DNA of 64,000 bases, taken from assembly GCF_006345805.1 (NCBI RefSeq), contig NC_043006.1, positions 21,886,001 to 21,950,000 on the forward strand, in the 5' to 3' direction. This document shows, piece after piece, positions 12,257-24,681 of this stretch. The translations under genes were made by a program, and so were the position numbers. The stretch comes from Octopus sinensis. Its lineage: Eukaryota. The number at the start of each line of letters is the position of its first letter. Positions within the stretch are counted from its first letter, which is position 1. Below the pieces are notes generated by a model that worked only from the letters and a program-made list of their open reading frames with translations, was not told where the DNA came from and made no database searches.

Positions 12257-12513
12257 TACTCTTTACTCTCTTTTACTGGTTTCAGTCAGTTGACTGGGGC
12301 CATGCTGGAGCACCGCCTTTAGTCGAGCAACTCGACCCTGGGACTTATTCTTTGTAAGCCCAGTACTTATTCTATCAGTCTCTTTTGCCAAACCGCAAAG
12401 TAACAGGGACATAAACACAACAGCATCGGTTCTCAAGCAATGCTAGGGGGACAAACACAGATACACAAACATACACGCACACATATATATATACATATAT
12501 ATATATATATAAC

Positions 12514-12550
<37 letters not shown>

Positions 12551-12587
12551 ATATATATAATATATATAACATATATATATACATATA

Positions 12588-12625
<38 letters not shown>

Positions 12626-12645
12626 CATATATAATATATATATAC

Positions 12646-12717
<72 letters not shown>

Positions 12718-12878
12718 CAAATATACGACAGGCTTCTTTCAGTTTCCGCCTACCAAATCCACTCACAAGGCTTTGGTCGGCCCGAGGCTATAGTAGAAGA
12801 CACTTGCCCAAGGTGCCACGCAGTGGAACTGAACCCGGAACCATGTGGTTTGTAAGGAAGCTACTTACCACACAGCCC
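12257..12878 (-). mobile_element. Family A SINE with expanded (TA)n
   Basis: Tail 12257-12470, about 250 bp of TA-rich microsatellite, head 12724-12878. Confidence 0.9.
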
Positions 12879-14055
12879 CTACTGTTAAATACTTTTACCA
12901 ACACTCAATAGATCTGAAGTTTGCTGACAGACTTTGTGTTCGTGTGTGTGTGTGTGTGTGTGTGCATCTGTCTGTCTGTCTCATCCTCCTGACATTAGTG
13001 AGGTCAGGATATCCTGGCAACATACTTTCGTTTTTTTTCTCCTCTTTCTCTTAAATTATACTAACCCAATTTTCTATAGTCTGGGGGAGGGATCCACCTA
13101 CCACTTTTTGATAAAACTGCTGCCATAACATTAAAATAATGCCTTTATAGAACAATAATTTCCAACAACAGCCCTTTTAGAATAAGAACAGGAAAAAAAA
13201 AACACTTGGATTTACAATAAATAACTGTATATATAATAATTATAATCAGAGAAATTTAAGGTGGTAAATGATAATCTACAATATATTACAGTACAGCAAT
13301 TACTAGCAGACAGGCAAATGATCCCTTTATTATACAAAGCAGTATAAAATTCGATACACCAAACTACATAGGTTTAACCTTTTTGATACCAAGCCACCTG
13401 AAACCGCCCCTAAAAGTAGTCTAATTTGGTACGTTTACAGATTTATTGTGCAAGATTTTTTATGTGAAGTCGTGCGTTGAAACAGATATTGTTATATTTC
13501 GGAATGGTCATTTTGCCAGTTTAGCCAATAAAAACGCACGCACTATATATTTGGTGTTATTTTGCTTCAGTGTTATTTATTTTTTACATTAATCTTAATC
13601 TTATTTCGGCCAGAGTTCTTTCGTCACACTCCTGTGACCGCATCTAATTTGGTCTAAATTATAATCTTCCATCAAAATTTTATGATAATTTGTTCCAAAC
13701 CCCAGGTTAATAATGACAAAATTATTCTACTAAATTCTTCGTTATTTTTAAAATTAATTGAAACAAAGGCAGCATATGTTAACAGAGAAATAACAAAAGG
13801 GTTAAAACAGGAGTACCACCCGACCCGTGATGCAAAATGACCTTCAAAAAAAATATTAGAAATCTCTCTTTCTATCTTGCAAATATATCACATTTGTAGA
13901 GTATGTGAAAACTAAACATTTTTGTAGGAGTGATGGCCATAGAAATAGTAGGGAAGCCCCAATACAAAACAGTCTTTGGAGATGGAAACTCAGAGGAAGG
14001 AGACTTATAACTGCCAATGTTTCAAGAGAATACTGAACAAAGGTATCTTATTTAA

Positions 14056-14260
14056 CCCTTTCGTTACCAACCCCGGCTCTGGCTCTGTAGTACAAATGTC
14101 TTGTTTCCATAAGTTTTGAATAAAAATCTTCCACCAAACCTTAGTCACAATGTTCCTAACACTAGCTGAATGATAAAGTTATTTTACTAAATTCTTTGTT
14201 ATATTTAAAGTAATTGAAAGAAACACAGAGCTTCTCAAAATAAATACAGTAACGAAAGGG
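14056..14260. mobile_element. Family G piggyBac-type MITE
   Basis: TTAA TSD; perfect 12-bp TIR CCCTTTCGTTAC; also at 29025-29239, 34249-34468 and 49661-49881. Confidence 0.9.
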
Positions 14261-14520
14261 TTAAAGTGACCATATCCAGCCAAAACATTCTTGTTTTATG
14301 TTCAATCCACCCAGAACTGGCCTCTCACACCTATTATACAATGGCATTCTAAAAATATGCCATCACATCACTGAAATCTCAAAGCTAAAAGATAATACAT
14401 AACTAACTGAAAACAATGTGAATAAATAAATACATTTGACATAGTAATCTGAATGCTAAAGTGTTAATGTATACTTTCCTTTATCCTACAGATGGTAAGT
14501 CTATATTTCAGTAGCTTAAA

Positions 14521-14742
14521 GGTGGCGATCTGGCAGAAATGTTAGCGCGCTGGGCGAAATGCTTAGCTTTATTTCGTCTGTCGTTACGTTCTGAGTTCAA
14601 ATTCCGCCGAGATCGACTTTGCCTTTCATCCTTTCGGGGTCGATAAATTAAGTACCAGTTATGCACTGGGGTCGATGTAATTGACTTAGTCCCTTTGTCT
14701 GTCCCCTCTATGTTTAGCCCCTTGTGGGTAATAAAGTAATAT
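14521..14742 (+). mobile_element. Family B tRNA-derived SINE (about 230 bp)
   Basis: ggcgagctggcagaa...gagttcaaattcc head; conserved gcctttcatcctttcggggtcgataaa core; at least 7 good copies. Confidence 0.85.
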
Positions 14743-14892
14743 ATAGTTCAGTAGTTTAATGTGGAGCTGATACTGTGGAGCAGAAATTCCAGTATGTTAG
14801 TGAAAAGGTTTTCTTTCAGACAAAAATCCACATCATGCCCCTCTTACCTGTGTAAATACATTATTTTTAACCCTATCGAAATTGAACCAATC

Positions 14893-15319
14893 CGATGACT
14901 GGCACCCGGCAGATGCCAGGACCCCTGGACTGGAGATAAGTAAAAAGCACTATCCGAATCGTGGCCGATGCCAGCGCTGACTCGACTGGCTTCCGTGCCG
15001 GTGGCACGTAAAAAGCACCATCCGAATCGTGGCCGAAGCCAGTACCACCTCGACTGGCTTCCGTGCCGGTGGCACATAAAATGCACCAATCCGACCGTGG
15101 CCGATGCCAGCCTCGCCTGGCACCAGTGCAGGTGGCACGTAAAAAGCACCCACTGCACTCACGGAGTGGTGGGCGTTAGGAAGGGCATCCAGCTGTAGAA
15201 ACATTGCCAGATAAGACCGGAGCCTGGTGCAGCCTTCTGGCTTCCCAGATCCCCGGTTGAACCGTCCAACCCATGCTAGCATGGAGAACGGACGTTAAAC
15301 GATGATGATGATGATGATC
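14893..15319 (+). mobile_element. Family C RTE-related short retroelement: tandem 5' monomers, ggcgttaggaagggcatccagctg core, (GAT)n tail
   Basis: Other copies at about 120-507 (+), 3625-3826 (+), 4697-4959 (-), 27783-28042 (+), 29470-29995 (-), 31292-31540 (+), 48590-48975 (-), 50738-51050 (-), 53588-53857 (+), 59330-59541 (+), 62190-62610 (+). Confidence 0.85.
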
Positions 15320-15841
15320 ACCTAGTCAAGCATAATGCTTATTTATTTACAATGTTTTAAATTAATCATGCATTATCTCCAAGCTTCGATAATGTGACTG
15401 CTTATATTCAGAATGACATTGCAGGGTGGGTGTGAGAAGTTGGATCTGGCGAGTTCAAACATGAAACGGGGAGAATATTTGGACTGAATATGGCCAGTTT
15501 AAATGCTACGGGGTTAAATGATACATAAATGGCTATTTTAATATAATGGAGTTTCAGTTGCATAAATGTTTACATTGGGTGCAGGTGTGGCTGTGTGGTA
15601 AGCAGTTTGCTTCACAAGTACACAGTTCCAGGTTCAGTCCCACTGTGTAACACCCTTCAGCAAGAATCTACTATAGCCTCAGGCCAACCAAAGCCTTGTA
15701 AGTGGATTTGGTAGACAGAAACTGAAAAAAGCCCATTGTGTAAATAAGTTCAGCAAAATTTAGATTCAGATGAATATAGTACTTAAGTTAAAGACACCAG
15801 AATTTGGTATGGTATTATCCATATAAATCAAATGGGGTAAT

Positions 15842-16045
15842 TATAATCAAAATAAGCAACAAGGATATCCAAGGTAGTGTAGTACAATTGTTTCATGCTA
15901 CTTCATTTTATTAAACACTATGTATTACATCAGTTGCTCGACATTTTAAAACTGATGTAATACTTACAGTGTTTAATAAAATGAAGTAGCATGAAACGAT
16001 TGTACTACACTACCTTGGATATCCTTGTTGCTTATTTTGATTATA
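15842..16045. repeat. Inverted repeat, about 94-bp arms, 14-nt loop
   Basis: tataatcaaaataagc...cagtt versus aactg...gcttattttgattata. Confidence 0.9.
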
Positions 16046-16723
16046 TATATGACTAGCACCACCACCTGACAATCAGTGTAGGTGTTTACATCCCTGTAAC
16101 TTAGTGGTTCAGCAAAAGAGACCAATAGAATAAGTACCAGGCTTAAAATAAGTACAAGGGTCGATTCATTCGACTAAAAATTCTTTAAGACTGTGCCCAT
16201 GCTAGGGCACAGTCTAATGACTTAATCAAGTAAAAGATAAAAGAATGCTCTCAGTTTTTAAAAACACAGAACTGTTACACTTGTTTATTTCTTAAATAGT
16301 CCTAAATACTACGAAGAATCAAATGTAGTCATACACTGATGATCATTTGACACAGTTGCAGATGCAGGGAGTGTGTCAGTCACCAAGTCACAGATGTGTT
16401 AGAAAACTTCACGCTTTATAATGTATAGTTCTATAAATAAAACAACCAAAGACGAATGTAAAAGTTTTTGTTGTATTAAATCACTCTTCCAACATACTCA
16501 TATGCAATGCAATTTATGTAATTGTTTCAGAGCAGGATTTCATATACCAAGTCGCCTGGCAAGTTTGTACGACTTAAGGGAGAGAGAGAGAGGGAGGTCA
16601 ATTGACAGAGACAGATATAAATACATGATATACATATCTATATGTATGTATATGAGAAGGGGTGGCTGAAAAGTTTCTAGTTTGGGGTGAAAGAAAACAG
16701 GAGGATCAGTTGATTATGATTAC

Positions 16724-17130
16724 AGATCTTTTCGGTTTGAACGGCAATTTTTTCTAGCGGTGTCATATGAAATTGTTACCCATAATTATGACCCTAGTAT
16801 CGATCTATTGCATTTCAATCTGTGTTAGGGTTAGGGGGAAGGGTATCTTTTTTTCTTCACAAATGTAAATAAACCCAATCTGTTTCTTAAACGAGGAACA
16901 TATTCATACGGCACAGAATGTTTTCACCTCAATAGACGTCATTGTTTGGTTGAAAATGCAGAAATTGAAGAAAAAAAAAACAACAAATATCTTACAAACT
17001 ATAGAATTTTCTCAAGAAAGCCAAGAGAAAAAGATGTTTTATAAACACATTCTACCAGTATATGACGTTTAAAAGTGTTTAGTTACGTGGAAATTATATT
17101 AAAAAACTGCCGTTCAAACCGAAAAGATCC
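16724..17130. mobile_element. Family E hAT-type MITE (about 405 bp)
   Basis: TIR (g)gatcttttcggtttgaacggca; 8-bp TSD atgattac/acgattac. Confidence 0.9.
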
Positions 17131-17276
17131 ACGATTACATATTTATTGCAGCAGTCCATCAGTTTTTCTAAGCCCTGTATAAGAACTCAGAAGATTGGGC
17201 CTCCAACCAGGCATTTTGCAATACCATTAAAGCCAGAAACTTTTCTGCACCCCCTTGCACACAGAGTAGATGCACT

Positions 17277-17602
17277 ACTCGCGGTCATAGGATCGCGGTT
17301 TTGATTCCCAGACCGGGCATTGTGAGTGTTTATTGAGCGAAAACACCTAAATCTCCACGAGGCTCCGGCAGGGGATGGTGGTGATCCCTGCTGTACTCTT
17401 TCACCACAACTTTCTCTCACTCTTACTTCCTGTTTCTGTTGTACCTGTATTTCAAAGGGCCGGCCTTGTCACTCTCTGTGTCACGCTGAATATCCCCGAG
17501 AACTACGTTAAGGGTACACGTGTCTGTGGAGTGCTCAGCCACTTACACGTTAATTTCACGAGGATCAACCGGAACCCTCGTCGTCGTAACCGACGGAGTA
17601 CT
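17277..17602 (+). mobile_element. Family D2 SINE (D head, different 3' half)
   Basis: Shares the 5' part with D1, then cctgtatttcaaagggccggcc...ggaaccctcgtcgtcgtaacc; also at 61470-61832 (-) and partial at about 19895-20000. D1/D2 resemble the published OR1/OR2 pair in organisation (not verified). Confidence 0.8.
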
Positions 17603-18071
17603 TCAAAATAAAAATGTGCTACCAGTTCAAATATACTTGGGGATATTCGACACTGTAAGAAAGCCATTTACTATATTTTGTCAAGGAGAAAATTTCTCGC
17701 TGACAACATAAGTATAAATACACAGATTCAGTTTGAAGCATCCTCTAACCGGACTCATAACACAGCTTAGCACATCTAATCCATATTTTATTTATAGCAA
17801 GCCATCCATTAGCGCAACCAGTCACAGTAGGATGACGGAAATATAACAGATTTCAATCATCTCTTGTTACTTAGTAGCGTTCCACTTTCTGGTATCTGGT
17901 GCGAAAGAAGAGATAACCACTTGGAAATGCAGGCATCCATCAGTTTGGTTAGAGAGCGCTTTAAGCTGATGATGTGTTTACACCTATCTGTCTGCAGTGA
18001 GAAATTTTCTCCATGACAAAATACAGTGATTGGTTGTCTTATGCATTCAAATATGCCCCAAACATATTTAA

Positions 18072-18292
18072 CCCTTTAGCATTTAAACCGGCCATATCCG
18101 GCCAAAAATATTCTACCTGTTTTATGTTCAAACTGACCAGATCTGGTCTCTCACACCAACCCTACAATATCATCTTAAAAATTAACAGCTACCTCATCAA
18201 AACCTCATAACTACAAGATAATGCATGATTAGTTCAAAACAATGTGGATAAAAAAGCATTAATTTTGGCAGAAGAATGTGAACACTAAAGGG
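18072..18292. mobile_element. Family F piggyBac-type MITE (about 220 bp)
   Basis: TTAA|CCCTTTAG...CTAAAGGG|TTAA. Other copies at 818-1027, 10546-10765, 11816-12037, 23845-24063, about 25817-26030, about 54049-54257; partials at 14265-14463, 15335-15514, 61923-62090. Confidence 0.9.
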
Positions 18293-19267
18293 TTAAGCTG
18301 ATGATGTGTTTACACCTATCTGTCTACAGTGAAAAATTTTCTCCATGACAAAATACAGTGATTGGCTGTCTTATGCATTCAAATATGTCCCAAACATATT
18401 TAAACTGGTAACAAGTTTGTGTGCATGTGTGTAAATATATATATATATTAGAAATATTGATTTTGTAAATGTCTCAAAGAGACATGAGCGGTGGTGGAGC
18501 GATAGAGTGGTTGTATAAAGTCAACATAATGTGACAGTCCCGTAATGGGAATTACACCACTGCTATATAGCCCTAGGAAATATAAGACCACAGGAAATGT
18601 GTCAAAGCTGACAGGAAGCGTTGATGCTTCCTAGGGCTATATAGCGGTGGTGTAATTCCATTTACGGGACTGTCACGTTATGTTGACATTATACAACCAC
18701 TGTGTGTGTGTGTGTGGCATGTGTGTGTGTGTGTGTGGTATGTGTGTGTGTGTGTACACATGCATAAACATATGTATTATGTGTAAAACAAGTATGACAA
18801 TGAATGGGATAGGCAAAGGCCATATTAACAGGATTTGAAATCAGAACATGGGAGTAATTAAATACCAAAAAATAATATTCGTGTTCCACTAAAAGTGGAT
18901 GCTGTGTTAGAACACACAATACTGTGCTATTCACTCTGAGAGGATGTCCAATATGGCCTCATAGTGCATAAAAGCACTCATGTTTGATAAGAGGACAGAC
19001 AATAACCAGCCACTGCCCGAATTGCCATATAAACACAAGTTCTTTTATACACCACAAGTCCATATAAGTGGTCCTCTCTTGGTAAATAGCGCAGTTTTCT
19101 GTATTTTAACTTTTAGTGAGAGATAAATATTACCTTTTGATATTAATACTGCTTGCGCTGCTTTTAATTATTATATATTAAGTCCACTGGCTATTTGCAA
19201 CACCAGTATCTAAATGGACACTGAGATTCTATATATTGCTGACAGGGGGAATCAGCTGCAGTATCTT

Positions 19268-19739
19268 ATTTCTTTACTACCCACAAAGGGCTAAACACAG
19301 AGGGGACAAACAAGGACAGACAAAGGAATTAAGTCGATTATATCGACCCCAGTGCATAACTGGTACTTAGTTTATCGACCCCGAAAGGATGAAAAGCAAA
19401 GTCGACCTTGGCGGAATTTGAACTCAGAACGTAGCGGCAGACGAAATACCGCTAAGCATTTCGCCCTGCGTGCTAACGTTTCTGCCAGCTGCAGTATCTA
19501 GCACAGTGGCGAGCTGGCAGAAACGTTAGCACGCCGGGCGAAATGCTTAGCGGTATTTCGTCTGCGTTACGTTGTGAGTTCAAATTCCGCCGAGGTCGAC
19601 TTTGCCTTTCATCCTTTTGGGGTTGATAAATTAAGTACCAGTTACGCACTGGGGTCGATGTAATCGACTTAATACCTATGTCTGTCCTTGTTTGTCCGCT
19701 CTGTGTTTAGCCCCTTGTGGGTAATAAAGAAATAGGTAT
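19268..19739. mobile_element. Head-to-head family B SINE pair (19268-19488 minus; about 19510-19735 plus)
   Basis: TSDs cagctgcagtatct and gtatctagcacagtgg (19494-19509, 19736-19751). Confidence 0.9.
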
Positions 19740-20437
19740 CTAGCACAGTGGTTCTCAAAGGTTTTCGGGCTGCTGCCCCCTTGGCAGCCAGGCCACATTT
19801 CTAGCGCACACCCTCCCCGTCCCACTCACCACCACAGACATAGGACCACATTCTGCAGCAAATTCAAAGCAACTCTATTTCACAAATAAAAATTAACGTG
19901 TAAGTGGCTGAGCACTCCACAGACACATGTAACCTTAACATAGTTCTCGGGGATATTCAGCGTGACACAGAGTGAGTGACAAGGCCGGGGCCCCTTGAAA
20001 TAAAACCTAACCTAACCCATTATTCAGTTGTTTTTACATTCATCGCCCTCTTTTGGCCACACCATTACCACGCCACCACTTTTCTTTTACACACCCCTCT
20101 TTATACCAAATTTCACTTCACATTTCAACAGCGCTTCTCTCACAGTAAAACAATAGCTTTTCTGCGAATGACAGCAGTTATACATTTCCCAGATGCCTTC
20201 GCTAAGCAGAATGTCTTTGCCACTTGACCCTTCTAACCTCATGTAGGCCACCAGGGTCTGGAATGGAGATAACAGACCCCCAATGAAATCATTTGTTCTC
20301 AACAATATGTCTATACTTCTGGCTGCTTTTCTATAGTTATAAAAACAAGAACTCTATAAGCTAAAGGAAGTTACTGAGAGCAACCATCAGTGAGTGTGAA
20401 CATTATTATTGCATGTTCTTCAAACACTTCATTTATA

Positions 20438-20820
20438 GGCGCAGGAGTGGCTGTGTGGTAAGTAGCTTGCTAACCAACCACATGGTTCCGGGTTCAGTCC
20501 CACTGCGTGGCATCTTGGGCAAGTGTCTTCTGCTATAGCCCCAGGCCGACCAATGCCTTGTGAGTGGATTTGGTAGACGGAAACTGAAAGAAGCCTGTCG
20601 TATATATGTATATATGTATATATATATGTGTGTGTGTTTGTCCCCCTAGCATTGCTTGACAACTGATGCTGGTGTGTTTACGTCCCCGTCACTTAGCGGT
20701 TCGGCAAAATAGACCGATAGAATAAGTACTGGGCTTACAAAGAATAAGTCCCGGGGTCGATTTGCTCGACTAAAGGCGGTGCTCCAGCATGGCCGCAGTC
20801 AAATGACTGAAACAAGTGAA
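20438..20820 (+). mobile_element. Family A SINE
   Basis: Near-identical to other family A copies. Confidence 0.9.
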
Positions 20821-21000
20821 AGAAAGAAAAAAAAAGAAAAAGAAATATATTTATATACACAAAATCTCTCCCTCCTTCAGCTGACAGTTTTTTGTACTTT
20901 TTCTAGTTATAATGAAATTGCTTTCTTATATCAGAGTAATAGGGTGTTTCAAAAGAACATTTTTACCCCCCCCCCCGGGAATTACTGGATACAACAGCTA

Positions 21001-21034
<34 letters not shown>

Positions 21035-21355
21035 AGGCCATAAGAAAATTCAAGCATGACACAAGATTTTAAAACTAAACATTCATAAATGCATCCTGCG
21101 TGTGTGTGTGTGTGTGTACTTGTGTGCATGTGTGTGTGTGCACATGTGAAAGCATATGGCCTAGTGGTTAGGGTATTGCACTTATGATCTTGTGATTTAA
21201 TCCCCATACTTGGTGTTGCATAGTGTCGGCAAGCAAAACACTTCATTTCATGTTGCCCCGCAATCAGCACAACATCTGATCTGCACCTGTACAAAAAATG
21301 CTGAATTGATGGAGAGACTAAGATAATGTACAGCACTAAACATTTGATCAATATA

Positions 21356-21768
21356 GGCGCAGGAGTGGCTGTGTAGTAAGTAGCTTGCTTACCAACCACA
21401 TGGTTCCGGGTTCAGTCCCACTGCGTGGCATCTTGGGCAAGTGTCTTCTGCTATAGCCTCGGGCCGACCAATGCCTTGTGAGTGGATTTGGTAGACGGAA
21501 ACTGAAAGAAGCCTGTTGTATATATGTATATATATGTGTATGTGTGTGTATGTTTGTGTGTCTGTGTTTGTCCCCTTAGCAATGCTTGACAAACGATGCT
21601 GGTGTGTTTACGTCCCTGTCACTTAACAGTTCGGCGAAAGTGACCGATAGAATAAGTACTGGGCTTACAAAGAATAAGTCCTGGGGTCAATTTGCTCGAC
21701 TAAAGGCGGTGCTCCAGCATGGCCGCAGTCAAATGACTGAAACAAGTAAAAAAGTAAAAGAGTAAAGA
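21356..21768 (+). mobile_element. Family A SINE
   Basis: Near-identical to other family A copies. Confidence 0.9.
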
Positions 21769-22089
21769 GTTCTTCTGTGCAGGTTGTTCATCAAATAATT
21801 GCTGAACTCTCATCTGTCATTATATGATACATGGTGGACTCTTCCTAACAGCCTGATTCGGCTCCATGGAACATAGGCTTGTGTATTATTTAAAAGTCCA
21901 CTAAATATTATTTAATAACAGTCTGATTCATCTCCATGCAGCTTAAAGTTTTGTGGACTTGTAAAATGAACCTAGCTCTTCAGACTTGGGTTACCAAAGC
22001 CTTAAGAGCTAGGTTTGTTTTAAAAGCCCACGAATCATTAAGTTACATGTTGTTTAAATAATATAACTACTACCATATGTGTTGAGTGT

Positions 22090-22153
22090 CACTTTCTGTT
22101 TGTCCACACACACACACACACACATATATATATCTCCATATATATATCTATAT

Positions 22154-22186
<33 letters not shown>

Positions 22187-22380
22187 AGATAAGAAAATGG
22201 AGAAATACATCTAAATCAAATATCAATTACCAGATAATACTCAATCACATACTTTATTAAACCACCACATAAGAGACTGTAGGGTTACTGACCGGGCTAT
22301 CAGATCTTGCTAAAGTATGTGATTGAGTATTATCTGGTAATTGATATTTGATTTAGATGTATTTCTCCATTTTCTTATCT

Positions 22381-22415
<35 letters not shown>

Positions 22416-22486
22416 ATATAGATATATATATGGAGATATATATATGTGTGTGTGTGTTGTGTGTGTGTGTGGACAAACAGAAAGTG
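22090..22486. repeat. Inverted repeat, about 167-bp arms, 54-nt spacer
   Basis: Arms 22090-22256 and 22311-22486 include microsatellite and a retroelement-like end. Confidence 0.9.
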
Positions 22487-22666
22487 TGTGGACAAACAGT
22501 GTGTGTATATATATATATATATAACTTAGAATAACTTAGAAAGGTTTTGGCCAGTATTGGCCCAGGCCACGTCTAACTTAATATATATATATAAACAAAA
22601 TACTTTTAGCTATGTGTATAACATGTATATAAATATATATGCACGTGTGTGTGTGTGTGTGTGTGT

Positions 22667-22726
<60 letters not shown>

Positions 22727-23310
22727 CACACACAAAATACACCAGATATTCAGGAACCTAACTTTAGCACACAAATGGAAGACAACCAATTTTAACTTCC
22801 TCATTTCTCTTCTAGATATAACAACATAGCGGATACCAGTTTAGCAAAGGAAATAAGATATGCCTTGCTCATAGCACTAGCTGCCAAATCACAGCAAATC
22901 CAAGACTGACAGTTTCTTGAATATGGCCAAGTCCTTTTTTATCTTCAAGAAATATTCTAAGCAGTCAGACTTCATCGGGACAACTTAGTTCATTCAGCTG
23001 ATTCAAGGTATCAATGACAACCCCAAAGGGTTGACAAGGGTCATTGCGGAATAGACCAATGTGATGCAGGAGGACAACAGATAAAGTCCTACAGGACAGA
23101 GAGAGCAAAGATCATGTCCAACAAAATCCAAGAGGACCATATACCACAGGACTCCAAACATCATGTAGCTTCCTAGCTCTCCTAATACAAATTCTGTGCT
23201 ACTATGTCTAGGGATGTAATGGGGTTGGGGGACCAGCAGATGGCCCCCATGTTGTCAAAAACTCCTTGAGGTTTGCCATCATGAGCATGAGCAGAGGCTA
23301 CTTGATATTG

Positions 23311-23539
23311 GGCGGCGAGCTGGCAGAAACGTTAGCACGCTGGGCGAAATGCTTAGCAGTATTTCGTCTGCCGCTACGTTCTGAGTTCAAATTCCACCGA
23401 GGTCAACTTTGCCTTTCATCCTTTCGGGTTCGATAAATTAAGTACCAGTTACGCACTGGGGTCGATATAATCGACTTAATCCGTTTGTCTGTCCTTGTTT
23501 GTCCTCTGTGTTCAGCCCCTTGTGGGTAGTAAAGAAATA
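23311..23539 (+). mobile_element. Family B SINE
   Basis: TSD gatattgg (23304-23311, 23540-23547). Confidence 0.9.
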
Positions 23540-23844
23540 GATATTGGCATGCAGTCATTTTCACCACATCAGAACCATTATTGAGGCTGAAGATAGCTTT
23601 TGTTGAATGGTCCATTACTTTGATGCTCCTAGTGAACATGTATACCATGTTCTAAAGTATTTTGCTTTTCTTTTGATAGATATTTCTAATAGGAACCTAG
23701 AGATGCCTGAGGACTCTATCCCAATGACCCTCCCCCCAGGAATAGTGGGCGAGAAGACAGATGGAGGTTTTCTTTACTCAGTTGCCTGGCATGAGCATCC
23801 TCACACACAATGCTCCATCTTCCTAATTATGTTATACAAGTTAA

Positions 23845-24063
23845 CCCTTTAGTATTTAAACCAGCCATATCCAGCCAAAATAGTTAATCTGTTTTATGTT
23901 CAAACTGACCAGATCCAGGCTCTCACACCTACCCTACAATGTTATTCTACATTAAGTAATTACACCATCAAGATCTTGAAGATATGAGATAATGCATGAC
24001 TAATTCAAATCAATGTGAATCAATAGGCATTATGTTTGATAGAATAATCTGAACACTAAAGGG
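23845..24063. mobile_element. Family F piggyBac-type MITE
   Basis: TTAA TSD on both sides. Confidence 0.9.
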
Positions 24064-24681
24064 TTAAGCAACGATAAATAAACATCAAATGCTCATCCTG
24101 TTGATCACATACGAGTCACAAAACAGAATGAATAACAACTATTTACAAGAACTAATTCCATTATCCGTTTTCATTAAATTCTTTGTTGAAGAAGCAATTT
24201 CACTACATGTACAACAAGTATTTTGCATTTAGTTAGATAAAAGCAAAACCAAAAAGAACAAAAAAGAAAAAGGACCTTCACAGTTTTAACTTCACCTTAT
24301 TACATTCTATAAAAAGAAAATCGGGCCAAGCAATGTTTTTTTAAATTAATATGATGGCTGGAACAAGGAAAATACAGCTAAAAATTATACTACATATAAA
24401 TGTAGGATGAACTCATAACCCTGTCATTAGAAAAAAAAAAACTTCTGTAAAACCATTATATTTATATCATTCACAGCTAGAACATGGATAAGGCTAATGA
24501 GAGACAGTAAGAGAACGAGTTAGAATAACTGAAGCCTACATTCCATACATGTTTAGCAGTTATATAAGGAATGTAAAGAGGTATGTGTATGTGGAGCAGA
24601 GAATATCTGTATCATGTATGTATAACATTGGCTGTTGTGCATGTGTGTGCGTAAAGTTATGTATTAAATGAACTCCAGATA

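Noticed and set aside
12433-12720. ORFs rich in YI/HT/CV (also about 24982-25350, 39046-39547, 22557-22829)
   Set aside because: Translations of TA/CA microsatellites.
14893-15150. Regularly repeated gtggcacgtaaaaagcacc units resembling a CRISPR array
   Set aside because: Eukaryotic context, no cas genes, and the spacers are themselves homologous: these are family C monomers.
24296-24306. 11-nt candidate exon (AATGTAATAAG) and a 25-nt candidate at 14849-14873 that would extend the minus-strand gene in frame
   Set aside because: The GTGAAG donor is modest and the second acceptor is partly made by a family C boundary; too easy to obtain by chance.
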